Assembly: GCF_001194135.2 (NCBI RefSeq)
Contig: NC_068989.1
Span: 54,971,625-55,020,710, forward strand
Length of the DNA stretch: 49,086 nucleotides
Reading direction: 5' to 3'
Source: Octopus bimaculoides
Lineage: Eukaryota
The notes beneath the pieces were generated by a model, which was not told where the DNA came from, did no database searches, and was given only the letters and a program-made list of their open reading frames with translations. The position numbers and the translations under genes were made by a program. Below, piece after piece: positions 1 to 10,070 of the stretch (position 1 is the first letter of the stretch; each line of letters begins with the position of its first letter).

Positions 1-12
1 TATATATATATA

Positions 13-310
13 ATTTTTATTCACTTCGATCACCTTTTTTAAATTTGCTGCGGCATTAAATACAGTCATGATACACATTGGTGAGGTGAATAATCTCTAA
101 ACTGACCTGGGGTCAGTAAGACTCGCTGAAGATGAACTAAGAGTTTTTCTCAGAGTTCGAAATCACGGTGATACGGGTATGTCCGGCTTTTTCAATTTTC
201 GATTATTTTAGTCATTGGTATGTGGTTTTAGGAGTTATATTCATTTACCCGCTTTCACCTTTATGTTTAAGTGAAAACTTGTGGTTTGGTCATTTTGACT
301 GCTATATTTA
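13..310 (+). mobile_element. Probable Penelope-like element pseudo-LTR fragment containing a hammerhead ribozyme
   Basis: Follows a (TA)n tract, contains a type I hammerhead fold (121-178) and a T-rich downstream segment, as in Penelope pLTRs. Boundaries approximate. Confidence 0.55.
121..178 (+). ncRNA. Type I hammerhead ribozyme (minimal, Penelope-type)
   Basis: Stem I ACUCG(121-125)/CGGGU(174-178). Core CUGAAGA(126-132) plus extra U133. Stem II GAACU(134-138)/AGUUC(154-158), extended by GAG/CUC. GAAA(159-162). Stem III AUCA-CGG-UGAU(162-172). Cleavage triplet AUA, cut after A173. Confidence 0.8.
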
Positions 311-431
311 GCATGCCGGTTTGCTTGTTAGTTCCCTTAATTATTAATTGATATTTTTTTTTTACCGTTATGGGATTTTTATGTATGCTAAGCCACTGAT
401 ATTATTATATATAATAATATCTTCATACATA

Positions 432-580
432 TGTACAACAGGCTTCCACACAGTTTCCGGCTACCAAATTCACTCACAAGGAAATGGTTGGTTTGGGGCT
501 ATAGTAGAAGAGACTTGTCCAAGTTGCAGCTGAGTAGGACGGAAGCACATGGCTGCAAAGCGAGCTTCTTCGCCACACAA
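432..580 (-). mobile_element. SINE family B, 5' part
   Basis: Reverse complement matches the head/core of the fuller copy at 21282-21627 (TGTGTGG..AGAAGCT..., CTTGGACAAGTCTCTTCTACTATAGCC, TTGTGAGTGAATTTGGTAG). Confidence 0.8.
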
Positions 581-1438
581 ACATATATTTTGAGTACATT
601 AAATGAAATTCACCCTCCTACTTTAGACATTTGTATTGTTGCTTAGCAAAAGAAATGCGTACGAAATTATTTCAACGTATGTTGTGGAGCAGTGACTGTT
701 TTCTTTAGCCTAAATCTATGACACAGTTTCTATTCATAGTTTGAAAATCTTTAGGTTGTGTCACTAAGACATCATGCAATATATATTACTTCACCTCAGT
801 AATTCTGAAATTCCTTGCTTATGAAAAGAAATCGATATTTATTCGTTTTCGTTTTGTTACAGGAGCCAGTTGCTAACAGAGTAACCAGATTTTTATATAT
901 TTATTTATTGAAGTTCAGAGAGCGTGAAGCCGTTTTATTCATGTCTATGAATGCGTCGAGCTATGATGTGTGTGTGATGTGTTGGACAATCCTTTGAAAG
1001 TATCTATTTAGATCTTCAACGGTCGACTGGATGATTTAATCTGCTCGACGAGTTTCTTTTTGTTGTTCTTTTTCAAAAAAAATATCTCTCTCTTGTAAAC
1101 ATGTATGCAAGCATGCATGCACTCATTAATGCATACATTATGTGATATGTTCGCAACGTATATCTGTATCTGGTAGTAATAGTATGCGTGCAAGAGCCAA
1201 TCGATAACAATGTGACAAATCTCTTTTGTTAAAGTTAAGATGTAAGTAGATATATGTGCTTAAATCACTGAATGTGCGTAGATATTCATGCTCATACGCG
1301 AGCATTATTTCCATTAGGTACAAATGATATAAAGATTTTGAAACGCTTCACAAAAGTTTTCATTAATCAGAGGAAACGGTATTTTCTTTTCTAAAAAGAA
1401 TGAGATAAAGAACGCCTGTCAATATTTCTAGCTTCAGA

Positions 1439-1656
1439 GGCGGTGAGCTGGCAGAATCGTCAACACGCCAAGCAAAATGCTTAGCGACATTTCGTCCGTC
1501 TTTACGTTCCGCGTTCAAATGCCTCCGGGGTCGACTTTGACTTTCGTCCTATCGGAGTCGATAAAATAAGTACCAGTTGAGCCCTCGGGTCAATGTAATC
1601 GATTTACCCACTTACCCAATATTGCTGGTCTTGTGCCAAAAAATTAAACCAGTATT
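1439..1656 (+). mobile_element. tRNA-derived SINE family A
   Basis: Head GGCGGTGAGCTGGCAGAATCG (A-box like), GTTCAAAT B-box like, central GGTCGACTTTG..CTTTCGTCCTATCGGAGTCGATAAAATAAGTACCAG. Confidence 0.9.
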
Positions 1657-1667
1657 TCTTACTTTAA

Positions 1668-1852
1668 GGCGGCGAAATGGCAGAATCGTTAGCGATATTA
1701 CATTCTGCGTTCAAATTCCGCCGTAGTTGACTTTGTCTTTCATCCTTTCGAAATCGATAAAATAAATACCAATTGAGTACTGGGGTCGATGTAACTGACT
1801 TACCCCTCTCACAAACTCGGTGCACATGTGCCAAAATGCTGAAACTAATATT
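1668..1852 (+). mobile_element. SINE family A
   Basis: Same head, B-box and central motif; tandem with the preceding copy. Confidence 0.9.
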
Positions 1853-2391
1853 TCTAGCTTAATACATGAACATTTAATTGTATATCCTAATGAATGACTT
1901 TTGCTATAATATTGAACCGATTATCAACATAACACAGAAGCAATAGATCCACAGTTATCCAATTCTCTAAGATTTCAAATCTGTTTTGCAGTTGATGCTT
2001 ATATTGCTGCACGAGATAGCCTGAGTTTTAGGGGAGAGAAAGGGGTCATCAATATTCTTGAAATGATTTTTAATACTGTATACTAAGCGAAAAGTCTTAT
2101 TGTCATCTTAGCCAATCCCGTTACTTTGATTTTGGTGTATTCCGGCTTTGTTGCTGATCCCTGCACCCAGTATGAATTTCAATTGCATAATATATATATG
2201 GTAAGTATTTCCTGCAGGCGAATGGTGAGATAAAATGCAATGTCGAAGCTGCCTAACAGGATTTGAATTCGTTCTCAAATAAACGAAATTAATTACTGCC
2301 CACCCCTCAAACCTACAATCTGTTGTAACGCTATTGGCAGTGCAGATCTGACGATAGTAACACAATCAGTTGTATTAAGATAATAATAATA

Positions 2392-2612
2392 ACCCGTTTT
2401 ACTATAGGCTCAAGGAGTGAAATTTGGTGGGAAGGATAAGTCGATTACATCAACTCCAGTGCGCAATTGTGGTACTTATTTTATTAACTCTGAAAGGACG
2501 GAAGGCAAAGCTAACCTCGCTGAAATCTGAACTTAGAACCGTTTTCACGGACGAAATTCCGTTAAGCATTTTTTCCGGCGTGTTAACGATTCTGACAGGT
2601 CAGCTTTGGAGG
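2392..2612 (-). mobile_element. SINE family A
   Basis: Reverse-strand copy; its tail abuts a (TAA)n tract. Confidence 0.85.
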
Positions 2613-2617
2613 TAAAG

Positions 2618-2871
2618 CAGTTGTGATCGATGAAAAAGGTGGTAGTGGTACCAATAATTGTCGGAGCCCTGGGAACAGTGAGTAAAAATCTCGAGAAGTA
2701 CATGGAACAAATAGGGGCTGCAATAAAGGTGGAGCACTTGCAGAAAACAGCACTGCTTGGAACCGCTCAAATACTCTGGAAGGTGCTCGAAAAATAAGAG
2801 GTGAACAGCTGACACGGTAGTACATCTCCAACGTTAGAAGCTGTGCAAAGGCAAAAGTAATAATAATAATA
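2618..2871 (+). mobile_element. 5'-truncated R4/Dong-clade non-LTR retrotransposon 3' end
   Basis: 2618-2797 reads QL*SMKKVVVVPIIVGALGTVSKNLEKYMEQIGAAIKVEHLQKTALLGTAQILWKVLEK*, typical of the C-terminus after the restriction-like endonuclease of R4/Dong elements. Followed by a short 3'UTR and (TAA)n. Confidence 0.8.
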
Positions 2872-3043
2872 AACCTTTCTTTTAAAGGCACAAAGCCTGA
2901 AATTTACGGTGAGTGGGTAAGCCGATTACAACGACCCCAGTGCGTAACTGTTACTTATTTAATTTGAACTCAGAACGTAGTGGCAGACGGAATACCGCTC
3001 AGCATTTCGCCCGGCGTGTTAACGATTCTGCCAGCTCGCCGCC
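2872..3043 (-). mobile_element. SINE family A (internally deleted)
   Basis: Reverse-strand head GGCGGCGAGCTGGCAGAATCGTT and tail ..GCTTTGTGCCTTTAAAAGAAAGG. Confidence 0.85.
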
Positions 3044-3046
3044 GTA

Positions 3047-3190
3047 TTCAACTGGTACTTATTTTACCAACTTCAAAAACATGAAAAGCAAATTCGACCT
3101 CGACGAAATTTGAACTCGGAGCATGTAGCCAAAAGAAATGCCGCTGAGATATTTGTACGGCCTACTAAAAATTCTGCTGGCTCTCCGCCT
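3047..3190 (-). mobile_element. SINE family A, 5' two-thirds
   Basis: Reverse-strand head, B-box and central motif. Confidence 0.8.
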
Positions 3191-3254
3191 TGATAATAGT
3201 AATAATAATTTCTACAATAGGTACAAAGCCAGCAATTAATAATAATGATTTCAT

Positions 3255-3389
3255 ATTTTGGCACACAGCCAGTAAGTTCGGAGCACGTCGATTACATTGA
3301 CCGCGGAGGTCAGCTGGGGCTTATTTTACCAATCCCGAAAGAATGAAAGATAAAACCAACCTCGGCGGATTTTGGCAGCTTGCCGCCTT
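3255..3389 (-). mobile_element. SINE family A, degenerate and deleted
   Basis: Retains head (AAGGCGGCAAGCTGCC), central motif and tail. Confidence 0.7.
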
Positions 3390-4141
3390 AATTATTTCAG
3401 TTTTTTACCACAAGGGCAGCTTGTGGAGCGCATCATAGCAAACGAGCTTACTAGTGGTACATTATGTTAATTCCAGTTATGCTAAGTTTTCTGGTCGATA
3501 TATTATAACATGACGTTCAGAGAAAGAATTTTGCAGGCATTTTCACTTGTGTCACAGATCATCATGTAATGACTGTTATACATTATCACAACCTTGTCAT
3601 ATAACGATAACGTTGTTATCACATGATAGTAATAAGGATATAGGTAATATTTTCCACATCACACATGTAGAAATGATATTTTCTATATCAACAAGGTGTT
3701 TGTGTTTGTTCCTTTTAATTTGTTTTGTCAAATAGATATCTACACTCCGTCTAACTGAAGTCAAATTGTATCCTTCTACAATGGATGTAGGTGATACTAT
3801 TTTTTTCTTTTGCTTTCTTACCAGCTCTCTCACTATTTCTTCCTCCCTCCCCCACCTCTCTCTCTCTATTTATGAGGATGAGGAGCCAGAAATTGTCTAT
3901 GTCAGTCTTGTTTGATTAATATATTTTAATCTCCGTTTTTCTCTCTCTCCTCTCTTCTTCTCAATTTTTGTATATATATACACGCATTTCTAAGTACGCT
4001 TGCATGCCTCTGTGAGTATGGTTGCCTCCAGTGTCAATATATATTGTCACCAAAACATGCTGAATATCCTATCAATTCTACCAAATAGTTACTGTCCGAA
4101 CAAGCGCGTCCAAGTGTCAAATTTCGCTAATATTCTATAGG

Positions 4142-4210
<69 letters not shown>
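4142..4210. repeat. (TA)n(TG)n compound microsatellite
   Basis: Direct reading. Confidence 0.95.
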
Positions 4211-4212
<2 letters not shown>

Positions 4213-4384
4213 ATATATAGTTTTATACCAAAATTACGCAAAAAATAAGGCCCCGAGGAGATGCAGTATCCCATATTTTATAATATGCATGAATCAATCT
4301 GGATATTGCATCGAAATGCTCATAGGTCATTACCATTATTAAAATGAAGTATTTTCAATGGATCAGTATGGAGCTCTCATTTAA

Positions 4385-4425
<41 letters not shown>

Positions 4426-4590
4426 TACTAGCATATGTATGTCTATGCATGTATGTACAGAGAAGGGAATGCATTCTAATCCAGAAGCAAGTATTTTTCT
4501 TTGGAATTCAGACAGAATCAACTTGTTAGTCTTCAACATATGTCTGCAGTCATGCATGTCATTGCATATGTGAATCTGTGTGTTTGGACT

Positions 4591-4622
<32 letters not shown>

Positions 4623-4681
4623 TGTATGTACGTGTGGGGGGTGCATGTATGTATGTATGTATGCTTGTATGTATGTATAGA

Positions 4682-4989
4682 TTCTTTTTATTCTTTTATT
4701 ATTTTACTTGTTTCATTCATTTGACTGCGGCCATGCTGGAGTACCGCTTTTAGTCGAGCAAATCGACCCCAGGACTTATTCTAGCGGTCTGTTTTGCCGA
4801 ACAGCTAGGTTTACGGAGACGCAAACATACACATATATATATATATACGACGCGCTTCTTTCAGTTTCCGTCAACCAATTCCACTCACAAAGATTTGGTC
4901 GGCCCCCAGGGCTATAGTAGAAGACATTTGCCCAAGATGCTACGCAATGGGACTAAATCCAGAACCATGGGGTTGGGAAGCAAGCTTCT
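4682..4989 (-). mobile_element. SINE family B, near full length
   Basis: Reverse complement of the 21282-21627 copy, including the internal (TA)n and the CAAGTAAAA(T/G)AATAAAAGAA tail. Confidence 0.9.
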
Positions 4990-5221
4990 TATTTCTTTAT
5001 TGCCCACAAGGCGCTAAACATTGAGGGGACAAACAAGGACAGACAAAGGGATTAAGTCGATTACATAGACCACAGTGCGTAACTGGTACTTAATTTATCG
5101 ACCCTGAAAGGATGAAAGGCGATTTCGACCACGGCGGAATTTGAACTCAGAACGTAAAGACAGACGATATACCGCTAAGCATTTCGCCAAGCGTGCTAAC
5201 GTTTCTAGCAGCTCGCCGCCT
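4990..5221 (-). mobile_element. SINE family A (tail variant ..GCCTTGTGGGCAATAAAGAAATAAG)
   Basis: Reverse-strand head, B-box and central motif. Confidence 0.9.
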
Positions 5222-5767
5222 TTCCTAGTTTTCTTAGGCGGATCGTGTCGTTCGCGAGAAGAGACTCAATAGATCGCAGTGTGGTAGCTGCTCTGCTAAG
5301 CACGTCACTCCGAACGGCAAGTCGAGTCGTATGCAAGCGATCCTTTTCGTCTNNNNNNNNNNNNNNNNNNNNNNNNNNNNNNNNNNNNNNNNNNNNNNNN
5401 NNNNNNNNNNNNNNNNNNNNNNNNNNNNNNNNNNNNNNNNNNNNNNNNNNNNNNNNNNNNNNNNNNNNNNNNNNNNNNNNNNNNNNNNNNNNNNNNNNNN
5501 NNNNNNNNNNNNNNNNNNNNNNNNNNNNNNNNNNNNNNNNNNNNNNNNNNNNNNNNNNNNNNNNNNNNNNNNNNNNNNNNNNNNNNNNNNNNNNNNNNNN
5601 NNNNNNNNNNNNNNNNNNNNNNNNNNNNNNNNNNNNNNNNNNNNNNNNNNNNNNNNNNNNNNNNNNNNNNNNNNNNNNNNNNNNNNNNNNNNNNNNNNNN
5701 NNNNNNNNNNNTATATATATATATATATATATATATATGCAAATGCTTGGGTATCTATAAGGGTGTA

Positions 5768-6161
5768 CGTACAAATGCGCACTTACCACTACCTCTCGAA
5801 CAGCACCATCCTCACAGGCACCCATCATTGTCCCTATCATATCGCCGACTCCTTTACCTGCATTTCTAGCAACGACATTTACTGCATCTCTTGCTTTTTC
5901 TTCCCTTCTCTGTACACCAGTCAAACGGGACGCCGCTTGGCTGACCGGTTTGTGGCTGACATCAGATTCGGCAATGACGCCCAGGTCTCGCGCCATTTCC
6001 GCTCTACCGGTCCTTCACTACAACACCTGTCTGTATTTGGATTGTCTTTGCACAGGGGCCATCCGGACTCCCGCCTTCGCCATGAACCAGAATTAATTTT
6101 CTCTCTGCGCTCCTTTGCTCCACGTGGTCTAAACCCCCTCCTCTCTTCAGTTTTTCCGTAA
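5768..6161 (+). mobile_element. Penelope-like element GIY-YIG endonuclease remnant
   Basis: Reads ...HIADSFTCISSNDIYCISC..FPSLYTSQTGRRLADRF...VSRHFRS..SLQHLSVFGL...RLRHEPELIFSLRSFAPRGLN. This matches the PLE endonuclease pattern FTC.S.N.IYCI.C..C..LY(IG)ETGRRL.DRF..H...VSRHF...E..LIF.L.T..P.GLN with degenerate catalytic positions. Confidence 0.88.
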
Positions 6162-6170
6162 ATTTCAACT

Positions 6171-6212
6171 ATAGATAGAGAGACAGATAGAGAGAGAGAG
6201 AGAGAGAGAGAA

Positions 6213-6247
<35 letters not shown>

Positions 6248-6248
6248 T

Positions 6249-6281
<33 letters not shown>
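6171..6281. repeat. (GA)n/(GACA)n microsatellite
   Basis: Direct reading. Confidence 0.9.
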
Positions 6282-6761
6282 AGCGTCTTTGTGTGTGCAT
6301 GTATCTAAAATAGCCTAATTTTCTAAACGTCTATAAATGGCTTGTAATTGTCATGTCTTAATAAGCCGTGTCCTTTCTTTTGCAAAAGCTCTGATTCTCA
6401 AGATAGCGCTGATGTGGTTAATTACATAGCTATATGGCCCAATAAGCACAAACATACCGGTATCAATTTAAAGTGTATAGTTGAGGTGCCATATCTGTAT
6501 TTTTCATATTTGTTTCTCGAGGACTTTGTCGTTACAACTACTTCACAACCGATTTGTGCTGCATTTAACGCACTTCTTTTTTCATCCCAAATTACTACTC
6601 CTGGTTTCTCATTATACATAGGTTTCAACAGAGACATTGCATCACCATTTTTTTTTTTCATATTATGAGTATACTTTCCACATTGCAAACAACTTCGTAT
6701 TGTTTGATATTTAAGGTTATCCTTTGTACAGATATTATTGTGTAGTGTTTGGGTCACGTTG

Positions 6762-6990
6762 GAGACGCGTGACTTAGTGGTTAGGATGTTAGACTCATAA
6801 TCGTAAGATTGTGGTTTTGATTCCTGGACAGGGCGACACGTTGTGTTCTTGAGCAAAACACTTTATTTCCCGTTGCTCCAGTTCACTCAGCTGGCAAAAC
6901 TGAGTAATCGTGCGACGGACCGGTGTCCCGTCCAGGCGAGAAATATATACGTCATGAAAACTGGAAAACCGGGAAACCGGTCATTATGAG
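6762..6990 (+). mobile_element. tRNA-derived SINE family C (CORE-like), tail variant
   Basis: A-box-like TGACTTAGTGG and CORE-like GTTGTGTTCTTGAGCAAAACACTTTATTTC..GCTCCAGTTCACTCAGCTG. Confidence 0.8.
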
Positions 6991-6994
6991 TTTG

Positions 6995-7335
6995 CATATG
7001 GCTCAGTGATTAGAGCGTCGGGCTCATGATCATGACGTTGTGAGTTCGATTCTCAGACCGGGTTCTGTGTTGTGTTCTTCAGCAAAATACTTTATTTCAC
7101 GTTACTCCAGTTCACTCAGCTGTAGAAATGATTTGCGATGTCACTGGTGCCTACCTGTTTCGGCCTTTGCCTTTCCCTTGGATAACATCAGTGGTGTGGA
7201 GAAGGGAGACTGGTATGCATGGGTGACTGCTAGACTTCCACAATCAACCTTGCACGGACTTGTGCCTTGGAGGGTAACTTTCTAGGTGCATCCCATGGTT
7301 ATTTATGAACGAAGCAGGGGTCTTTGTTTGGACCA
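6995..7335 (+). mobile_element. SINE family C (CORE-like)
   Basis: TGGCTCAGTGATTAGAGCG head, GAGTTCGATTC B-box and CORE-like segment; homologous to 11265-11575. Confidence 0.88.
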
Positions 7336-7433
7336 CGACATCGTTTCTCGTTGATAGATAATATCGCGATTACATTGTTGGATAATTGTGTATGATACGA
7401 ATAACGCATTCTCTTTTAAATCTATAGAAAAAG

Positions 7434-7648
7434 GAAGCGAGTTGACATTGGTAGCACATTCAACAAAATGTTTACCGGATTTTTTTCCGGGTCTCTACAT
7501 TCTGAGTTCAAATTCCACCGAAGTTAACTTTGCTTTTCATCCTTTCGGAATCGATAAAAAAATTAGTACCTGTTGAACACTGGAACAGATGTTATAAACT
7601 TACCCCTTCCCTCAAGATTGTTGGCCTTGCGCCAAAATTAGAAACAGT
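7434..7648 (+). mobile_element. SINE family A, diverged
   Basis: CTGAGTTCAAATTCCACCGAAGTTAACTTTGCTTTTCATCCTTTCGGAATCGATAAA motif. Confidence 0.8.
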
Positions 7649-7675
7649 CAATTCTATAAAGATTCTATAAAGTTA

Positions 7676-7789
7676 TCTTTTATCTTTTACTTGTTTCACT
7701 CATTAGTCTGCACCCTTGCTGGGACACCGCCTTGAAGGATTTTAATCGAACGAATCAACCCCAATAGGATTTTTCTTCAAAGCCAAGTA

Positions 7790-7790
<1 letters not shown>
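7676..7790 (-). mobile_element. SINE family B-like 3' fragment
   Basis: Reverse complement gives AAGGCGGTGTCCCAGCA..GCAGAC.AATGAGTGAAACAAGTAAAAGATAAAAGATA tail. Confidence 0.7.
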
Positions 7791-7822
<32 letters not shown>

Positions 7823-7853
7823 ATGTATATATATGTGTGTATGTATATATATG

Positions 7854-9403
7854 CACTACGTCCCACATTATGAGGCAAATCAACCTTCTCTCAATAAATA
7901 AATGCATATTCGTTAAAAACCAGTTGTTTTCCCACCGACTGTTGGCAACACCTATCTGCACACATTCTGTTAAAATAAATCGGATCTGCGCAGACGAAAA
8001 CAAACACTTCTGCTGTCCAAAATGATTAGGCAGTGCCCAATTTAGTGTCATTTTGTGTCAGAAACGTGATCTTACCTTGAATGAGCATCGTGTCAGGGCT
8101 TGGAAAAAGAAAAACAGCCATAGAAATATCAAACATACTGGGAAGAGATCACCCAACAGTGAAGAAATTTGTGCAGTCTCCTATTTCTGTCTGGTCGAGG
8201 GCAGATAAGGGTAATTAGAGGGCTGCTTCGAATCGTACTTCGTCACGTGTAAAAAGGTAATTTGTGCGGAACCCATGTCTGACAAGCAGAGGTGTCTTCA
8301 AACGTTGTGGCAGGGAAGACGTGTCGAAAATTACCCGGTTTCGCCTCTTGAAGGCGGAATGTTAAACCTGCTACAAGGCCACCTCTGAAGCTTGTTCATA
8401 AGCAGAAGAGACTGAAATGGCAGAAGAATACATCAAGATAGATTTTTCAACGGTTCTGCTCACTGACGAGTGCAGTGCTACCCTTGACGGACCAGATGAC
8501 TGGAGTAAAGGTTGAGTATCAGTCAGCGGGAGCCGTCCTCATCGTTTGAGATGCCGACAGGGGGGAGATGGGGTCATGTTTTGGGCTGGCATCGTTGGTG
8601 GTATGATGGTTGGGCCATGGAAAGTACCAAATGGCATTAAGATCACATCGAAAACATACGTTACCTTCTTAAAGGACAATTTCCAACCGTGTTAAAAAAA
8701 AACAAAAATTTCTATTCAAGAGAAAACGGATCTTCATGCACGATAATACTCCTTTTCTCGTGCTGCGAAGAATTCTAAGAAATACCTGCGGCAAATAGGC
8801 TTCTCTGGAGGTTGTTTGATGGAGTGGACACCTTGTTACCCTAACTTAAACCGAGAACCGGTGGAGTGTCATGAAGAGGTGCGTTTACCAAGATGGACAG
8901 CAATTTTCAAGTAAATTTGCCCTCTTGGGTGATATTGTAGATACTGCTCAAAGTATGACACAAGAAGATATCATCACCTTGACAAATTCAATAGATCAGC
9001 GCATAAGAAAGGTTATTGCATGTGGAGAATCATACATCAAACATTAGGAGCTGTATGACATCATGAACCCATGATTATTTTCATTCGAACGTATTATTAT
9101 ATTTACCATTAACTCCTTTATGAATATTATTTGGTTAAACCTTTACTGTTGAATGAAATAAATGTTTGTTCTGACACAATTATCATATTTTATTATACTT
9201 GCCTAATAATTTGTGACGGTGAAACTGTTGCTCAATCACAAACATGGCTGCCATTTGTTAGCGCTTGCGCGGATCCGATTTATTTTCACAGAATTGCGCA
9301 GATAAGTGTTGCCAACAGTCAGTGGGAAAACAACTGGCTTTGAACAAATATACATTGCTTTATTGAGAAGAGGTTCATTTGCATAATAATGTGGGACGGA
9401 GTT
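7854..9403 (+). mobile_element. Full-length but decayed Tc1-like DNA transposon, DD37E (TRT-like)
   Basis: Long imperfect TIRs (about 7854-8036 and 9198-9403) within TA-rich flanks. Transposase pseudogene about 8060-9047 with DFSTVLLTDE-CSATLDGPDDW, GVMFWAGI, IFMHDN, W.PC.P.LN..EN and terminal YIKH*. Several stops and frameshifts. Confidence 0.9.
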
Positions 9404-9416
9404 ATATATATATATA

Positions 9417-9637
9417 TGGCACGTAAAAAAAGCCATTTTGAGCGTGGCCGTTGCCAGCGCCGGTGGCACGTAAAAACACCCACTACACTCTCGGAGTGGT
9501 TGGCGTTAGGAAGGGCACCCAGCTGTAGAAACTCTGCCAGATCAGATTGGAGCCTGGTGCAGCCATCCGGTTCACCAGTCCTCAGTCAAATCGTCCAACC
9601 CATGCTAGAATGGAAAGTGGACGTTAAAAGATGATGA
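9417..9637 (+). mobile_element. SINE family D, 3' part with RTE-like tail
   Basis: GGAGTGGTTGGCGTTAGGAAGGGCACCCAGCTGTAGAAAC...CCAACCCATGCTAGAATGGAAAGTGGACGTTAAAAGATGATGAT; the tail resembles the RTE 3' end at about 31960-32020. Confidence 0.8.
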
Positions 9638-10070
9638 TATATGTATATATATATATATATATATNNNNNNNNNNNNNNNNNNNNNNNNNNNNNNNNNNNN
9701 NNNNNNNNNNNNNNNNNNNNNNNNNNNNNNNNNNNNNNNNNNNNNNNNNNNNNNNNNNNNNNNNNNNNNNNNNNNNNNNNNNNNNNNNNNNNNNNNNNNN
9801 NNNNNNNNNNNNNNNNNNNNNNNNNNNNNNNNNNNNNNNNNNNNNNNNNNNNNNNNNNNNNNNNNNNNNNNNNNNNNNNNNNNNNNNNNNNNNNNNNNNN
9901 NNNNNNNNNNNNNNNNNNNNNNNNNNNNNNNNNNNNNNNNNNNNNNNNNNNNNNNNNNNNNNNNNNNNNNNNNNNNNNNNNNNNNNNNNNNNNNNNNNNN
10001 NNNNNNNNNNNNNNNNNNNNNNNNNNNNNNNNNNNNNNNNNNNNNNNNNNNNNNNNNNNNNNNNNNNNNN

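Noticed and set aside
6995-7070. tRNA-like sequence (also at 11265-11310 and the heads of SINE A/B)
   Set aside because: Only A/B boxes are retained, there is no complete cloverleaf, and each continues into a SINE body; not tRNA genes.
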